Positions 39,751 through 53,112 are shown, counted from the stretch's first letter. The stretch is DNA of 64,000 bases from Octopus vulgaris (GCA_951406725.2 OX597814.1:198586001-198650000), one strand, 5' to 3'. The notes: generated from the sequence alone by a model not told the origin. Numbers and translations: made by a program.

Positions 39751-42199
39751 TAATACCTCATCTTCAGTTGATTAATTAATTATTAGGTGATCTCTATAAA
39801 ACCACTCAAACCATTTACTTATGGAATATCTGGAAAGATATACATACTATCTACTGATTGAAAGTAATGGATCAGAAGCAAGGTAATAAGATAATGATAA
39901 TATATAGATATAATTAAATATAAATATACAAGAAAAAGTGTGTACTGATATAAGTAGGTATAATAGTATAAAAATAGCATAATGGTATAAAAAATAATGC
40001 ATACAGATACATATACAAAAACGATTCATAGATTGCTATAAGCGAAAGTAAATAGGAATGCAAACACACAAAATTCAATACCATACAAAATTTAACAATA
40101 CAAAGGCAAAGCATAAAGGATAAGAGATTAATAAGATAATCATACTAAAATAAGAAATCAAAAAATAAGAAATATATATAAAGAGACAGAGGATTAAGAA
40201 TTAACGGCAGGAAAGATAACGGTAACCTAAAAAGGACAGTTTAAGTTATTCTTATTGAAGTGGTTTTATAAGTTATAATATTACATGTGATATTGTATGT
40301 ATGATTGTATAGTTCTTAGGGGGTTTAAGATTTAGTCAAGGGAGACTTGCTATCTCAAAATCATTACAAATATACATAATTTGATTGATGGGTTAGAAAT
40401 TCATAGAAGGACAGAATGGTGTAATCACCAAATAGGATTAAGTCAGACTAACTAGGCAGGGATTACCATAGGGTAATAATACATGTAATGCATCACATCA
40501 CATATTAAATAGCATATAACATATGTAATATAATACATTATGCTATATAACATAATATCCTATAATCGAGGGTAAGTTATAAAAGATACGACACCGAAGA
40601 TAATTTCCACCATTAAATCCCAAGTAATATTATTTGTTTCGAAAATACTTAAACGTGCGGATGATGCTATGCACGCAAGATAACCTTAGGTCTAATCCAT
40701 TATTGATCAGGTTGTATTCGTGTGTCTGTACTTAAAAATCGCATAAATTTCCATAGAGCAGAGCTCACATCCATATCTACTATCTCTATAAGGCGGCGCC
40801 CTCCGCATTATATCTCAATTTAAGGCTAAATCTAGTCCCGCTTTCTTTAAGTTCCCAGATTTTACTACATATTCCGCACTTTAACCTACTCTGCCCAACC
40901 ATTTACAAAAATGCATCCGCTTTTCAAAACTACAAAAATATTCCGCTTAAATCATCCCCAAAGTCCGTTCGAATAAAATTTTAAAGCAAATATCTCTTCC
41001 GCAGATTTTCATATGTATGTATGTCTGTATGCATGCATGCATGCATGCATACATACATACATACATACATACATACATACACGCATGCATACATACAGAC
41101 AGACCGACAAACATGCAAGCATGTATGAATCCATACATTTTATTTGAATCATTTACATATGTATATTATCTTTTATATCTTTTTTCGGTTGCCAAGCAGT
41201 GTGGGAGAGAAACGCGTATGAAGACGCACTCGAAGGCGCACGCGCATATGTGTGTACGTGTGTGCGTATCTATATGTATACGGCGGGTGGGCTTCTACAA
41301 AGTTTCCGTCAGCTAAATTCACTTACAAGCCATTGATTAACTCGTAGCTATAGTAGAAACCACTTGCGTAAAGTACTGCGCAGTAGAACTGAAACCGAAA
41401 CCGCGTGGTTGCGAAGTGAGCTTCTTAACCACGAAGCCATTCATGTGCAGGCAGACACATGCGCACAAACTCACGCACGCACGTTCTTACATACGCACAC
41501 ACACACGCACGCACGCACGCACGCACGCACGCACGTTGCTACCAAGGTTTCTACCGAATTCGATAGAAAAACATGGACTCGAATCACATACATCTGCGTC
41601 AAGCATTTAGCTATCATTGTCAGATGCGCCTGTGCACCAATTACACAGAGCTACTTTGCAAAAAAAATTAAAACAAAGATGGCGGTGAGAGTTATTTGAG
41701 GACGAAGAAGAATTGTTTACTTTTGGAAGAATTATGAAATAATTCTTCGTAAAATATTAAAAAAATATATCTTCAGGGAAAGTGGGGGGTCTTTTTTTAT
41801 ATATATATATATTTCTTTCTTTAATTTGGGTTGCTTGAAGTTTTCCCCATCTGCTCCATAATGAAATTTTCTCTTTACATACATATATAAGTGCATGTGA
41901 GTATATGTGCGCCAGTGTGTAGTAAGATTGTGATATTCATATTTCTGAAGAAGCTGTTTTTAGGAAAATATGAGGAATATTAAATATGATATTAAAATAA
42001 TATTAAAAGAAGTGTTGTGAGACAAAATGAGTATAAAAAATAATAACAGCAATATTAGATAAAAACTATTTATTTGAAGATAAATGTGAGCAAGATTTTT
42101 TTGTGCAATATATGTGCCTTTGTAAATTACAATCGCAAGAACATCGTAAAAGTTCATTCTCATATTCTACCTCACAAAGAAATATCATTTCAATTTCAA

Positions 42200-42635
42200 T
42201 TGTGTGTAAGAAGCTCGCTCTGCAAGTACATGACTTCTGGTTCAGTCCCAGTGCTCGGCACCTTGGGCAAGTATCTTCTATTACAGTCCCGGAACGGCCA
42301 ATTTGGCAGACGGAAACTGTGAGAAAGTTCGTCATATATATATGTATATATATATATATATATCTTTATTCTTTATTCGAGCAAATCGAACCCAGGACTT
42401 ATTCTTTGTAAGCCTAATACTTATTCTATCGGTCTATTTTTGCCGAACCGCTAAATTAAGGGGACCTGAACACACCAGCATCGCTTGTCAAGCGATGTTG
42501 GGATGGGGGGCAAACACAGACACACACACACACGCACACACACATATATACGACAGACTTCTTTCAGTTTCCGTCTACCAAATCCACTCACAAGGCTTTG
42601 GTCGGCCCGAGGCTATAGACTGAACCCGGAACCAT
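42200..42635. mobile_element. SINE B partial copies (+ 42200-42335, - 42365-42635)
   Basis: Similarity to the B unit. Confidence 0.8.
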
Positions 42636-42848
42636 ATATATATATATATATATATAGAATGAATGAGAACATTTTCTTTATTGTGACAATTTAATTTCAT
42701 TATATGTCCATATATTGAAATAAGATATTCAGAATTCTCTTCATTCGTAGATAAACATATAGAAAGTTAGGAATATATATACAATAGTATTTTTATATAA
42801 GCTTAAAGCTTATGGCGATCACCGTGCAATGACTAAGGAAAATAATCT

Positions 42849-43165
42849 AATATAGGCTCCACTGAAAATTACACACAGAGCACAATAGCTAATCATGAAA
42901 GCACCACTAAAGACAAGAATAAAATAGTTAGCACCAGCTTAAGCAGATTAATATGGGATATAAAATATAAAAACATGGAATATATGGTAAAGTGGGAAAT
43001 AATTAACCGAGCAAAATCTTGTACCATTGGGGACTTATGTGCGACTTAGGTGTTGAGGAAATTTTCCAGATAATAAGTTCTAAGCATAAACCTATCAGCA
43101 GTAAAAGAGAAAGAGGATTATCCTGCCCACACAAGAGTGAATATATATTTAAGAAATACAATTAA
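42849..43165 (+). mobile_element. Penelope-like element GIY-YIG endonuclease C-terminal remnant
   Basis: IGSTE...NHES...STSLSRLIW.IK......KWEII..A.....CDL..EE...I......KRE....CPH*; one frameshift. Confidence 0.75.
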
Positions 43166-43547
43166 AATATAAAAGTTAAATAACAGTAGGTCTAATAGAA
43201 AATATAAATATATAAGTTCTAGAATATAAGTCTAAGATGTAAGTACCATAATAATAACAATATAACTGAAATCCTTGAGAGGTAGACACAACCACCTGAT
43301 AACAGAAAACAAAAGGAAAGTCTAGCCCAATCACGTGTTACATAGAAAACAATACCCCAGTTAAATAGATGTAATTAAATTAATCATACAAAATATAGAA
43401 TTAACCGTAGACAACAACAATTATGACTAACACACCTAGAAAACAATTAATAAATTAATAAAAATCAGACCATCAATTCAAGTTCTTGCAATTAATGATA
43501 TAAATTAAAATGAAATAAATAGATTTACTTACTGATAGGAAGGAAGA

Positions 43548-43705
43548 AGCACTCCGTCGGTTACGACGACGAGGGTTCCGGTTGATCCGAATCAACGGAT
43601 CAGCCTGCTCGTGAAATTAACGTGTAAGTGGCTGAGCACTCCACAGACACGTGTACCCTTAACGTAGTTCTCGGGGATATTCAGCGTGACACAGAGAGTG
43701 ACAAG
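43548..43705 (-). mobile_element. SINE C 3' fragment (tail C1)
   Basis: Nearly identical to 45489-45645. Confidence 0.9.
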
Positions 43706-43719
43706 TTGATAGCTGAATG

Positions 43720-43914
43720 AAACCAACAGGTAACCACAAATGTTCGGCTCAACTCGATAAATAAGCAAAATTCAGCATTGATCAAGCGTGAAGAGCATAT
43801 GAGGTTTCTTATCTTGTAATTTTTCCTAATTGTCCATAATTCTTGAGATAAAAGTTCTCTTGAAGAAACTACTGTGTTGTTACTGACGCACAAAATTATC
43901 TCACAGAACCACAC
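43720..43914 (-). pseudogene. Possible decayed TIR-domain remnant
   Basis: ORF 43681-43914 contains RELLSQ and LFIELSRTFVVTCW, like TIR IxVLSxxFxxSxW. Confidence 0.28.
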
Positions 43915-44409
43915 CGCGTATGATCAACACTAACCCTTTATAGAACGGCATGGTTAACTTTCCAAAGAGCGCATTGCTTTACTGATAGAAAACTGAATAC
44001 CTGACAATATTCCTGATGTCAGACGACTAACCTTCGCCTACATTCGATTAAAGATCACAACCTATCATTTAAAAATATAAGAGGCACACTGGATAATATA
44101 GTCCTGAATGCACAATGCCCAAATAAATACAGGGTGGATACGGCTGGAATACAGCTGAGCATTAGACAGATCCGAAGCTAAACACGAGCGACGACAATAA
44201 TACCGCAATCTAATTATATTCGTTTCAGAATTTTACATTTAAGAGTTCTGCTTCTGTAAATCGTTTAAGGAAATATTATATGTTATAGACTTAATAAGAA
44301 TTATTGGTTACTTGTGATAATTTACTTGCGTTATTTCAAGGAATGAAACTTTTTATTGGTTCATTAATATTATGTACGCTAAAAGAATTATGACTACCAG
44401 ACAGTGTTA

Positions 44410-46445
44410 ATGGACATCCGACAGAAATATTATTTGCTGATTACAGCATTGATAGTTATTTATTACAGGATTTTTGTTGATAGCCGAATTATTAGTTTCC
44501 AGAAATGAGCCGATGCAAAATATATATTGGTTGAATTTTATGTAAATTACTTCTCATTTTATAGATATGGCGTCTATGATAGACTTCTGAATCTTACCGT
44601 AACAGAAGTTTCTACTGCGACAGTTCATAATTATGATTTCTAAGATAATTTTCAATCTCCCGTTAAGTTCACTTTTCTCACAGTGATAAAAATATTTTGA
44701 TGATTTAACGACCCATCAAACATCATGTGAATAATGTATGAATGCACAGAAAGCTATTAAATAAACATAGCGATCTTCCTTATTTCAGATTTATCAAATA
44801 ACATATTTGTATTTATCCATATAAAAATACTATTTGTGGCGTCATATTCTGGAAAAACTACTGCAGTATCAAGGGAAATATTTCTCCATTTCCCCTCCTT
44901 AATTGCAGTTCTGAAACTATCAGGCCTCAAGGTTGCACATTTGGCGTCTATTGTGTTTCATATTTATCATTGTTATTTACAATATTTTCATAAAGTGAAG
45001 CTTCCAGCCCACTGACCATACAGACTTTCGCTGTAATAGATTTTCCATTTCCTATCCTCTTTGCAAAGGGATATTATAGGTGACCTTTTCAATAACGACA
45101 TTTGCATTTTATTCACAATTGAAAAAAAATAAAAGCGCCTTTGTTTATCAAGTAATGATAAATTTGTTTTGAAACTTATTTCGATACATAATATATTATC
45201 TAATGAATAAACAAAGCAAAGCAGCTACATGCAGCGAGGAAGGAAGGACCATAATACTGTGAAAACAATAGAATTTCACCATGTATCATCTATGAATGTC
45301 AGATACGATTACTGGCTCTCGAAGTAATGGAGGAGAAATTTTATATATAAAAAAGTAGGCTGTAATTGATTGAACCCGGTGGATAGCAACAGAAAGGATA
45401 TTGCGCTATCCTAGTTACAAAATCTAAAGCAGTTTTATGTCTAATGTGTTTTATAAAGAAATTTAGCAGTAACAATTGTGGAGTGGAGGCACTCCGTCGG
45501 TTACGACGACGAGGGTTCCGGTTGATCCGAATCAACGGAACAACCTGCTCGTGAAATTAACGTGTAAGTGGCTGAGCACTCCACAGACACGTGTACCCTT
45601 AACGTAGTTCTCGGGGATATTCAGCGTGACACAGAGAGTGACAAGGCCGGCCCTTTGAAATACAGGTACAACAGAAACAGGAAGTAAGAGTGAGAGAAAG
45701 CTGTGGTGAAAGAGTACAGCAGGGATCACCACCATCCCCTGCCGGAGCCTCGTGGAGCTTTTAGGTGTTTTCGCTCAATAAACACTCACAACGCCCGGTC
45801 TGGGAATCGAAACCGCGATCCTATGACCGCGAGTCCGCTGCCCTAACCACTGGGCCATTGCGCCTCCACAGTAACAATTGTATCTACTCTATAGCTATAT
45901 ATTGTTAACATGTCGTTTTCTACTAACGTTAACAGAAAATCATGCTTACCTTCTCATATTTACACACTGATAATAATCTATAAATGTTTATTTCTTGCGG
46001 TAAAACTAATTATAAATATTGACAGTCTATAGAAACCAGATATGAATTCCCATAAGTACTCAACTTTTATCTCATGTGAGATTTTACCCGCTTTAGTATT
46101 TAGAAGACCTTAAGAGTACTATTATGTTTTTTATTTTTATTTATTTAACCTGAGGCTGTAATATATTATCATCTAACATTTTACGCTGAAGAAGAGGATG
46201 AACGAAACTTACTGTGACTCTCTTGCAAAGCTGAGTGGAAACTAGACTTCGAGAAAACAATTATAACAATATATATCTTAGGAAAGTTTATGTAAACACC
46301 GTAGAGTAGGCTTCAAAATAGGAACTTACATCAGAGGTGAAATAAAGACCTCCCTTGACGCTGTGATATTCTGTTGAGAAAATGAAATCGTTTCAAGATA
46401 AATCTTCAAATATCGATATCTTTAAGAACATACAAAGAATGTTAT
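44410..46445 (+). pseudogene. Decayed TLR-like pseudogene (signal peptide, LRRs, TM, TIR-like), split by SINE C
   Basis: MDIRQKYYLLITALIVIY (44410); GVYDRLLNLTV; DLSNNIF; LKLSGLKVAHLASIVF; FLSSLQ..DLFNNDI; LAVTIVSTL (across the SINE); TVYRNQI; YYYVF; HLTFYAEEE; SRK/TII (46249, 1-nt shift); GKFM (46281); LRTYKEC (46422-46442). Confidence 0.48.
45480..45868 (-). mobile_element. SINE group C, full length, tail C1
   Basis: Head GGAGGCGCAATGGCCCAGTGGTTAGGGCAGCGG...TTCGATTCCC; 13-bp TSD CAGTAACAATTGT at 45467-45479 and 45869-45881. Confidence 0.94.
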
Positions 46446-46753
46446 GATTAACGATATCAAACCAAAAGGAGAAATATCAAATGTTAATGTAGTTAATGTT
46501 GTCAGGAGTCAATAATTGATAGAATCAGTTGAGACTCAGAAAAAATCTCATGCTGTATTTGGTTCTGATCTTTCCCGTTCTGTGTTCGAGTCTCGCCGAA
46601 GTCAACTTTACTTTTCCTTCTTCTAGGATTCCATAGAAACAAAGCACCTGTCAAGTATAGATATCGATCCAATCCACTATACCAATTCCCCAATGTTTGA
46701 CATGTTTCGGTACATAATATTGATGAACCAATAAAAAGTTTTGTTCCTTGAAA

Positions 46754-47040
46754 TGTTTGTTCCTTCTCGAGCCACGCCTGGCTCATAATGGCCGGTTTCC
46801 CGGTTTCCTTGGCGTATAGGTTCCCCACCTGAACGGGACGCCGGTCCGCCGCAGGAGGAAAGAGTGAGAGAAAGTTATGGTGAAAGAGTCAGCAGAAGTT
46901 TCGCCATTACCTTCTGCCGGAGCCGCGTGGAGCTTAGGTGTTTCGCACATAAACACACACATCGCCCGGTCTGAGATTGGAACCCGCGATCCCTCGACCG
47001 CGAGTTCGCTGCTCTAACCACTAGGCCATGTGCCTCCACA
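46754..47040 (-). mobile_element. SINE group C, tail C2
   Basis: Matches 9479-9752; TSD TTCCTTGAAA at 46744-46753 and 47041-47050. Confidence 0.93.
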
Positions 47041-47544
47041 TTCCTTGAAAAAAACACAAGTAAATTATCACAAGTAACCAATAATTCTTATTAAGTCTAT
47101 AACATATAATATTTCCTTAAACGATTTACAGAAGCAGAACTCTTAAGTGTAAAATTCTGAAACGAATATAATTAGATTGCGGTATCATTGTCGTCGCTCG
47201 TGTTTAGCTTCGGATCTGTCAAATAATGTTCAGCTGTATCCACCCTGTTTATGAATTCTGGTGATTGACTTCATTATTGTATTTGTTTATTATTATTATT
47301 ATTGTAAAAAAACTGTAAATTGGCATAAAATCGTTAAAGCATCGGAATATTGATTTGTAGTATTTTGTTCCCGTCTCTAAATTCAGATTTAATATCCCTT
47401 CGATGTCAACTTTGATTTTTAATTTTTCGGAGTCGATAAGATAAAGTACCGGTCATGTACTGAGGTCAATATAAACTACTTATCTCCTTCCCATCAAGTT
47501 AATGGCCTCAATTAAAAACAATTATTCTAATCGATTATTTTCGT

Positions 47545-48111
47545 CACTGCTTCTCAACTATTTTTATCCATGGGCCCCTTTAGTTCCTATTTTACTCTAC
47601 TGGACTCTAATGGCCGTTCAATGTATATAAAAAATCCTATTTTATATAATTAATTATTATTGGGAATTATATAAAATAAATTAAAACATCTTGTGTATTG
47701 TTGAATTATAAGAGTTTATTGCACAAATTTTAACAAACTTTTATATGGACTCCCAAAGGCCATCTGGACTCCCAAGGGCCATCTGGACTCCCAAGGGTCA
47801 TCTGGACTTCCAAGGGCCATCTGGACTCCCAAGGGTCATCTGGACCCCCAAGGACCATCTGGACTTCCAAGGGTCATCTGGACCCCCAAGGGTCATCTGG
47901 ACTCCCAAGGGCCATCTGGATTCCCAAGGGTCATCTGGAATCCCAAGGGCCATCAGGACTCCCAAGGGCCATCTGGACTTCCAAGATCCGTCTGGACTCC
48001 CAAGGGGCGTCTGGACACCCAATGACCATCTTGACTTCCAAAGGGTCATCTGAACTCCCAAGGGTCATCTAGATCCCCAAGAACCATATGGATCCCAGTT
48101 GAGAACCATTG
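47545..48111. mobile_element. hAT-type MITE with internal minisatellite
   Basis: TIRs CACTGCTTCTCAACT / AGTTGAGAACCATTG (13 of 15 complementary); 8-bp flanks ATTTTCGT / ATTTACAT (6 of 8). Confidence 0.72.
47746..48095. repeat. 19-bp minisatellite TGGACTCCCAAGGG(C/T)CATC, about 18 copies
   Basis: Directly visible tandem array without spacers. Confidence 0.97.
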
Positions 48112-50164
48112 ATTTACATATATACACAAGCAAAAATCTGATTTGAAACAGCAGGTACAAGTATGGCCGAATGATTAAGAAGTTCGCAACAACGAGGTTC
48201 TTGGTAAGTGCTAGTTTCTTTAGCATTGGTTCAATTCAAATCTTGTGAATGAAACTGAGTTGCTGGAAGCCGCAGACGTCCCTCGAGTAGATGGCACCTG
48301 TTATTAAAAAACAAAATATACAACCTTGTCATAGCCATGTGTCGCGCTGAACCTATCCGAGAATTCCATTAATGGTACACATTTCTATGGAATACTCAGC
48401 TACTTCATCGTTAATTCAAGAGCAGATAATTTAGTTGTTCGAACAACTGAATTCTTATGACAGAGATCCACCACCACCATCAACATCACCAACACCACAA
48501 TCATCATTATTTTACGGTATTGAAGCTGCAGTTTCTCATTCACCCAATTAATTCATTACGGATAGATTATTAATGATTTCATAATTGAAAGCACGTATCG
48601 TAATGAGAGTGAGCTTAGTGTTTATTAAAAAAAATATGTTATCTATATAGTTAAACATATTTTTATCAACAATGTATTCTGATAAAAAAAGATGTATTAA
48701 AAAGTTCTGATAAAGTAAAATCACGGAATTGCTTAACAAGATAAAGATCATAATAAATGATTTTAAAATGAACGAATTCGATCCGGACGAGTCGAATATT
48801 GTATAATTCTTTAGAATCTCTTTATAAGACAATAAGTCGATATTGATAATGCAGAATAATTTATGAGATCGTTTGTTTTATTTCCAAACGAATTGAATCT
48901 ATAACGTTATCAATTTTCTTGATTAAAAGGAAAGAAATTAGAAAATTTTAAGGTTATCAGATTCGGTATGAAATCCTTGATTGATATCTCTCTCCCAATA
49001 TATTGTTAATCAAATTAGAAACGAAATATTTCTTTGATCAGTCACTTTCGATTCAACAGCACGTGCAACTTGACTAAAACGGCTCAAATATTTGTGCTGT
49101 ATAACGAAATTGAATCTACCTTCATTGATCACTTCAAAGCTTTTAGTTTGGCGTGAGCTATGGCGTAGTCATAATTAAGCCATGGACTTTATATGATTAA
49201 TACGCAAACTGTTTTGCACTTTTGTGATAAAGCAACGAGACTTTTTTGTGTTTGTTTCAATATTCTTCGAAAATTTCAATTCTTTATATTATATTCTTAT
49301 ATTATTATTTTAGATGTTTTTATTTTACCTTTCGTAACTTTTAGCAGATTGCTCACTGAGCGAAACAAAAATGCATAATAATTTAATAAAAAGAATAAGA
49401 AAAACAAATGACTGGAGATGAAAAAAAAAACAATAAATACCCACAAAAAAAAAGTGTAATTAGGATTGTATCTTATGATTAATGACCGTTTTTTTCCAAA
49501 CAAACGAATATTTTCTTCGTTTTAATTAAAGGAACTATTTTTATGACACCAAAATACAGATTGCGTGGGTCTATATACATGTAACGTAAATTATATTTAT
49601 TGTGTTGATGTTTCGAGTAATGAATTCGTATCATTACTCGAAACAATCCATACAGTTTACCGGTTTAGTAGGAAATATTTTTAGAGTCGACAGAGCATCG
49701 GATAGAATTCCTCGTGCTATTTGTTCTGATTCTCTGTGGTCCGATATCAAATGCTGCCCAAGTCAAACTTTTGCTATATATCAATCCATTAAGGGTCGAC
49801 AAAAAAGAAAAATGGTACTAATGCAGGGATATTGATTTACAGTTCTGTCAGTGTTCGACGTGAACTGTGCGGTACTGGTTCGGTTCCTGCTCTTGCATCT
49901 CGGTGGTGACGGCTGCAATGGTGCTGGTACCAAGCTATATCCATCTTAACTTCCCTAAGACAACACGTGAAGAAGGGAAACTTGGATCATTGGCAGGTGA
50001 TTCTCTTATGCAAACAATGCTTGACTTAGCCTGCGCCTTGGAGATAAGCTTTCTGACTCAAACCCACAGTTAGCCCAGATCAATGCGGGCTCACTATAGC
50101 AACTATATTTAACCATATTGACACTACTAAGGATAACATCATTGAAAGTACTGGAGATAATGTT

Positions 50165-50376
50165 GTTTCAAATATTGGCACAAGGCCAGCAATTTTAGGG
50201 GAGGTGAAGTCTATTACATCGACACTTATATTCAACTGGCGCTTATTTTATCAACTCCGAAAGGATAAAAGGCAAAGTCGAGCCTCAGCAGTGTTTAAAT
50301 TCTGAACGTAATGACGGACGAAATATCATTAAGCATTTTTTCCGACGCGGTAACGACTCTGCCAGCTCGCCACCTT
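50165..50376 (-). mobile_element. SINE A (A2 tail)
   Basis: GGCACAAGGCC...AAAGGCAAAGTCGA...GCCAGCTCGCCACCTT. Confidence 0.85.
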
Positions 50377-50719
50377 AATACTAATGATAATATTAAACAC
50401 CACAAGTACGTTACCCTGATAACAAAACTTGGTGAAGAGTCAATGTTGTGAGGGATAGAAGATCGCTATCACTAATGAAAGACACTTTCAAAACAGAGAA
50501 ACACTGTAAAACAGCAATTCCCAAACTCGTGTTTCACCCTGCTCCCTAGCGTCGGTTTAAAAAGAATGTAGATTTTCTTATGAGCAGGAAGCGAAAGTAT
50601 GCAGTATATAGACATCCATAGTCTGATAATATTTCGGAATAAAATTCCTTAGCAGCGACTCCAACTAAGAATATCTGAAGAAGGAATTTTATTCTGAAAT
50701 ATTATCAGGTATATCAACA

Positions 50720-50780
<61 letters not shown>

Positions 50781-50856
50781 AAATATTAGGGAATAAATCC
50801 AAACTTACAGGGAAAAATCAGATTTAGGATTAAATCCAATTTTATAGTAAAATATT

Positions 50857-51233
50857 ATATTATATTAAATTAGAGATAAAACCACTATTAGGCAAATCAA
50901 ACAATGAAAAACATAAGCCAATACATAAAATTAATTAATTTATATTATTTTAAATATATATCAAAAGTATTAAAAGTTTAATAAAAAATTGTTAAACCTC
51001 GCTAAGATAAATATTTCAATTACCTGAAGATTGACTGTAACCATAACTCGAATTATTACGAATTGGACAGCCATGAAACGATCGTAGTGTTTTACTCATT
51101 ATCTTTTATTAAACTTTTAATACTTTTGGTATATATTTAAAATAATATAAATTAATTAATTTTTTGTATTGGCTTATGTTTTTCATTGTTTGATTTGCCT
51201 AATAGTGGTTTTATCTCTAATTTAATATGATAT
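50857..51233. mobile_element. Penelope-like remnant: 130-bp inverted arms around a hammerhead motif
   Basis: Arms 50857-50986 and 51104-51233; spacer carries the motif at 51021-51089; embedded in (TA)n. Confidence 0.7.
51021..51089 (+). ncRNA. Type I hammerhead-like motif with palindromic stem III
   Basis: UAC-CUGAAGA-...CUGU...ACAG..-GAAA-C-GAUC-GUA-GUG; ACGAUCGU is self-complementary. Confidence 0.6.
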
Positions 51234-51609
51234 ATATATATATATAGCCCATTGTTTGTATTATAGTGCATTGTTGTATCATTCAAAACTTTTTACTCTT
51301 TACAAACAATACACAATGCTTCAAGCGAACTACAATACTCTCATATATATATATATATAATTTGGTTTTCATAATTCAGATATATGACATGAGATATTTG
51401 AATTTGCTTGTCTGAATGTTTAAGACAAATATCTGAACAGTTTATGGTATACCAAATTTTATTAATCTTTAGGTCATGTACGAGCGAAAGAACAGTGGTA
51501 CTATATACTGGAGCTTTATCTATATTAAAATTCTCGTATTCTATATATATATATATATATGATGATGATGATGATATGATATGATATATATATATATGAT
51601 GATGATGAT

Positions 51610-51897
51610 GAATAAGTTCTGGAGTCGATTTATTCGACTAAAGGCAGTACTCCAGCATGGCCGCAGTCAAATGACTGAAACAAATAAAAGAGTAAAAGAG
51701 TAATTAGATGGGCATATAACAACATGCGAGACACAACTTTATGTATGGATGCACTTCATAAAAACTCAGACTGCAAAATGGATGCAACACATGTTGAACG
51801 GAGTCCCACCCGTAAGGAACAGTAGCAGGATGGGTCGAAACGACCGTTGTACAAAATAAAGATAAATGCCAAATCCATCTTTTTGTGGTTACGTTAG

Positions 51898-51961
<64 letters not shown>

Positions 51962-52251
51962 TTCTAACGTAACCACAAAAAGATGGATTTGGCATTTATC
52001 TTTATTTTGTACAACGGTCGTTTCGACCCATCCTGCTACTGTTCCTTACGGGTGGGACTCCGTTCAACATGTGTTGCATCCATTTTGCAGTCTGAGTTTT
52101 TATGAAGTGCATCCATACATAAAGTTGTGTCTCGCATGTTGTTATATGCCCATCTAATTACTCTTTTACTCTTTTATTTGTTTCAGTCATTTGACTGCGG
52201 CCATGCTGGAGTACTGCCTTTAGTCGAATAAATCGACTCCAGAACTTATTC
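51610..52251. repeat. Perfect palindrome, 291-bp arms around 60-bp (TA)n
   Basis: 51610-51900 is the reverse complement of 51961-52251; near-identical ORFs on both strands in the track. Confidence 0.97.
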
Positions 52252-52468
52252 TTTGTAAGCCTAGTACTCATTCTGTCTGTCACGTTTGCCGAACCGCTAG
52301 TTTACGGGGACGGAAACACACCATCATCAGTTGTCAAGCGATGATGGGGCGGCAAACACAGACATATACACACACACATGCACACATATATACGACGGGC
52401 TTCTTTCAGTTTCCATCTACCAAATCCACTTACAAGGCTTTGGTCGGCCCGAAACTATAGTAGAAGAC
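52160..52468 (-). mobile_element. SINE B, 5'-truncated
   Basis: Tail through CTATAGTAGAAGACA. Confidence 0.88.
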
Positions 52469-52554
52469 ATTAAGGAATGAAACTTTGTTACAATTTTTAA
52501 TTACTAATTACCTTTTCATAAAAAGAATTGCAAACATTTGTAAATATATGTATA

Positions 52555-52840
52555 TAATGGACTCTTCCGTCGTTAAACGATGTATGAGAGTTCGACAATT
52601 TCATACCAAACAACCACACGAATAATTTGTCTATAGTGATCAAATGTTTGTGTAGACAAAAGTTCACTCCCTCCATCAGGTTGACATTACCTGTACAGGT
52701 GCCACATGTCAGATGACAAAATGGTCGCAGACCAACGTGTAATGAAGTGCTTTGCTCTACAACACAACGCGACGCTCGGTTTGGGAATGGAACCCACAAT
52801 CTCGCAATCGTGAGTCCAACACCTTAACCACTAAACCATA
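52555..52840 (-). mobile_element. Diverged tRNA-derived SINE (fourth type)
   Basis: Minus strand TGGTTTAGTGGTTAAGGTGTTGGACTCACGATTG...GGTTCCATTCCC head. Confidence 0.6.
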
Positions 52841-53019
52841 TGTTTGTATGTATGTAATTAAAACTGATGCTTTCTTTAGGCGAAATTCCCATTGCAAGAC
52901 AAACTCTCAGCCTTAGTGTTAACAAGAAGCCATATCCTCTACAGCATGTATTGAGCACTCTTTACCCATTCCTTCGACAATAAACTATGTATGTATGTAT
53001 GTATCTGTCTGTCTGCCTA

Positions 53020-53050
<31 letters not shown>

Positions 53051-53077
53051 GTCTATCTGTCTGTCTACCTATCTGTG

Positions 53078-53112
<35 letters not shown>

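Larger units (their letters stand above)
44127..47252. repeat. Inverted repeat, about 250-bp arms (44127-44376; 46710-46753 plus 47041-47252)
   Basis: Arms are reverse complements with few mismatches; the right arm is split by a SINE C insertion. Confidence 0.93.

Noticed and set aside
45790-45868. tRNA genes in SINE heads
   Set aside because: A/B-box-like heads continue into SINE bodies with TSDs; no complete cloverleaf.
47746-48095. CRISPR-like array or repeat protein
   Set aside because: Head-to-tail 19-mers with no unique spacers; eukaryotic context; period not a multiple of 3.
48540-49150. LRR-like translations (PNLITLKFSN on -, NLTKTAQIFVLYNEI on +)
   Set aside because: Equally LRR-like on both strands with no Cys/Trp anchors; illustrates the false-positive risk in AT-rich DNA, left uncalled.
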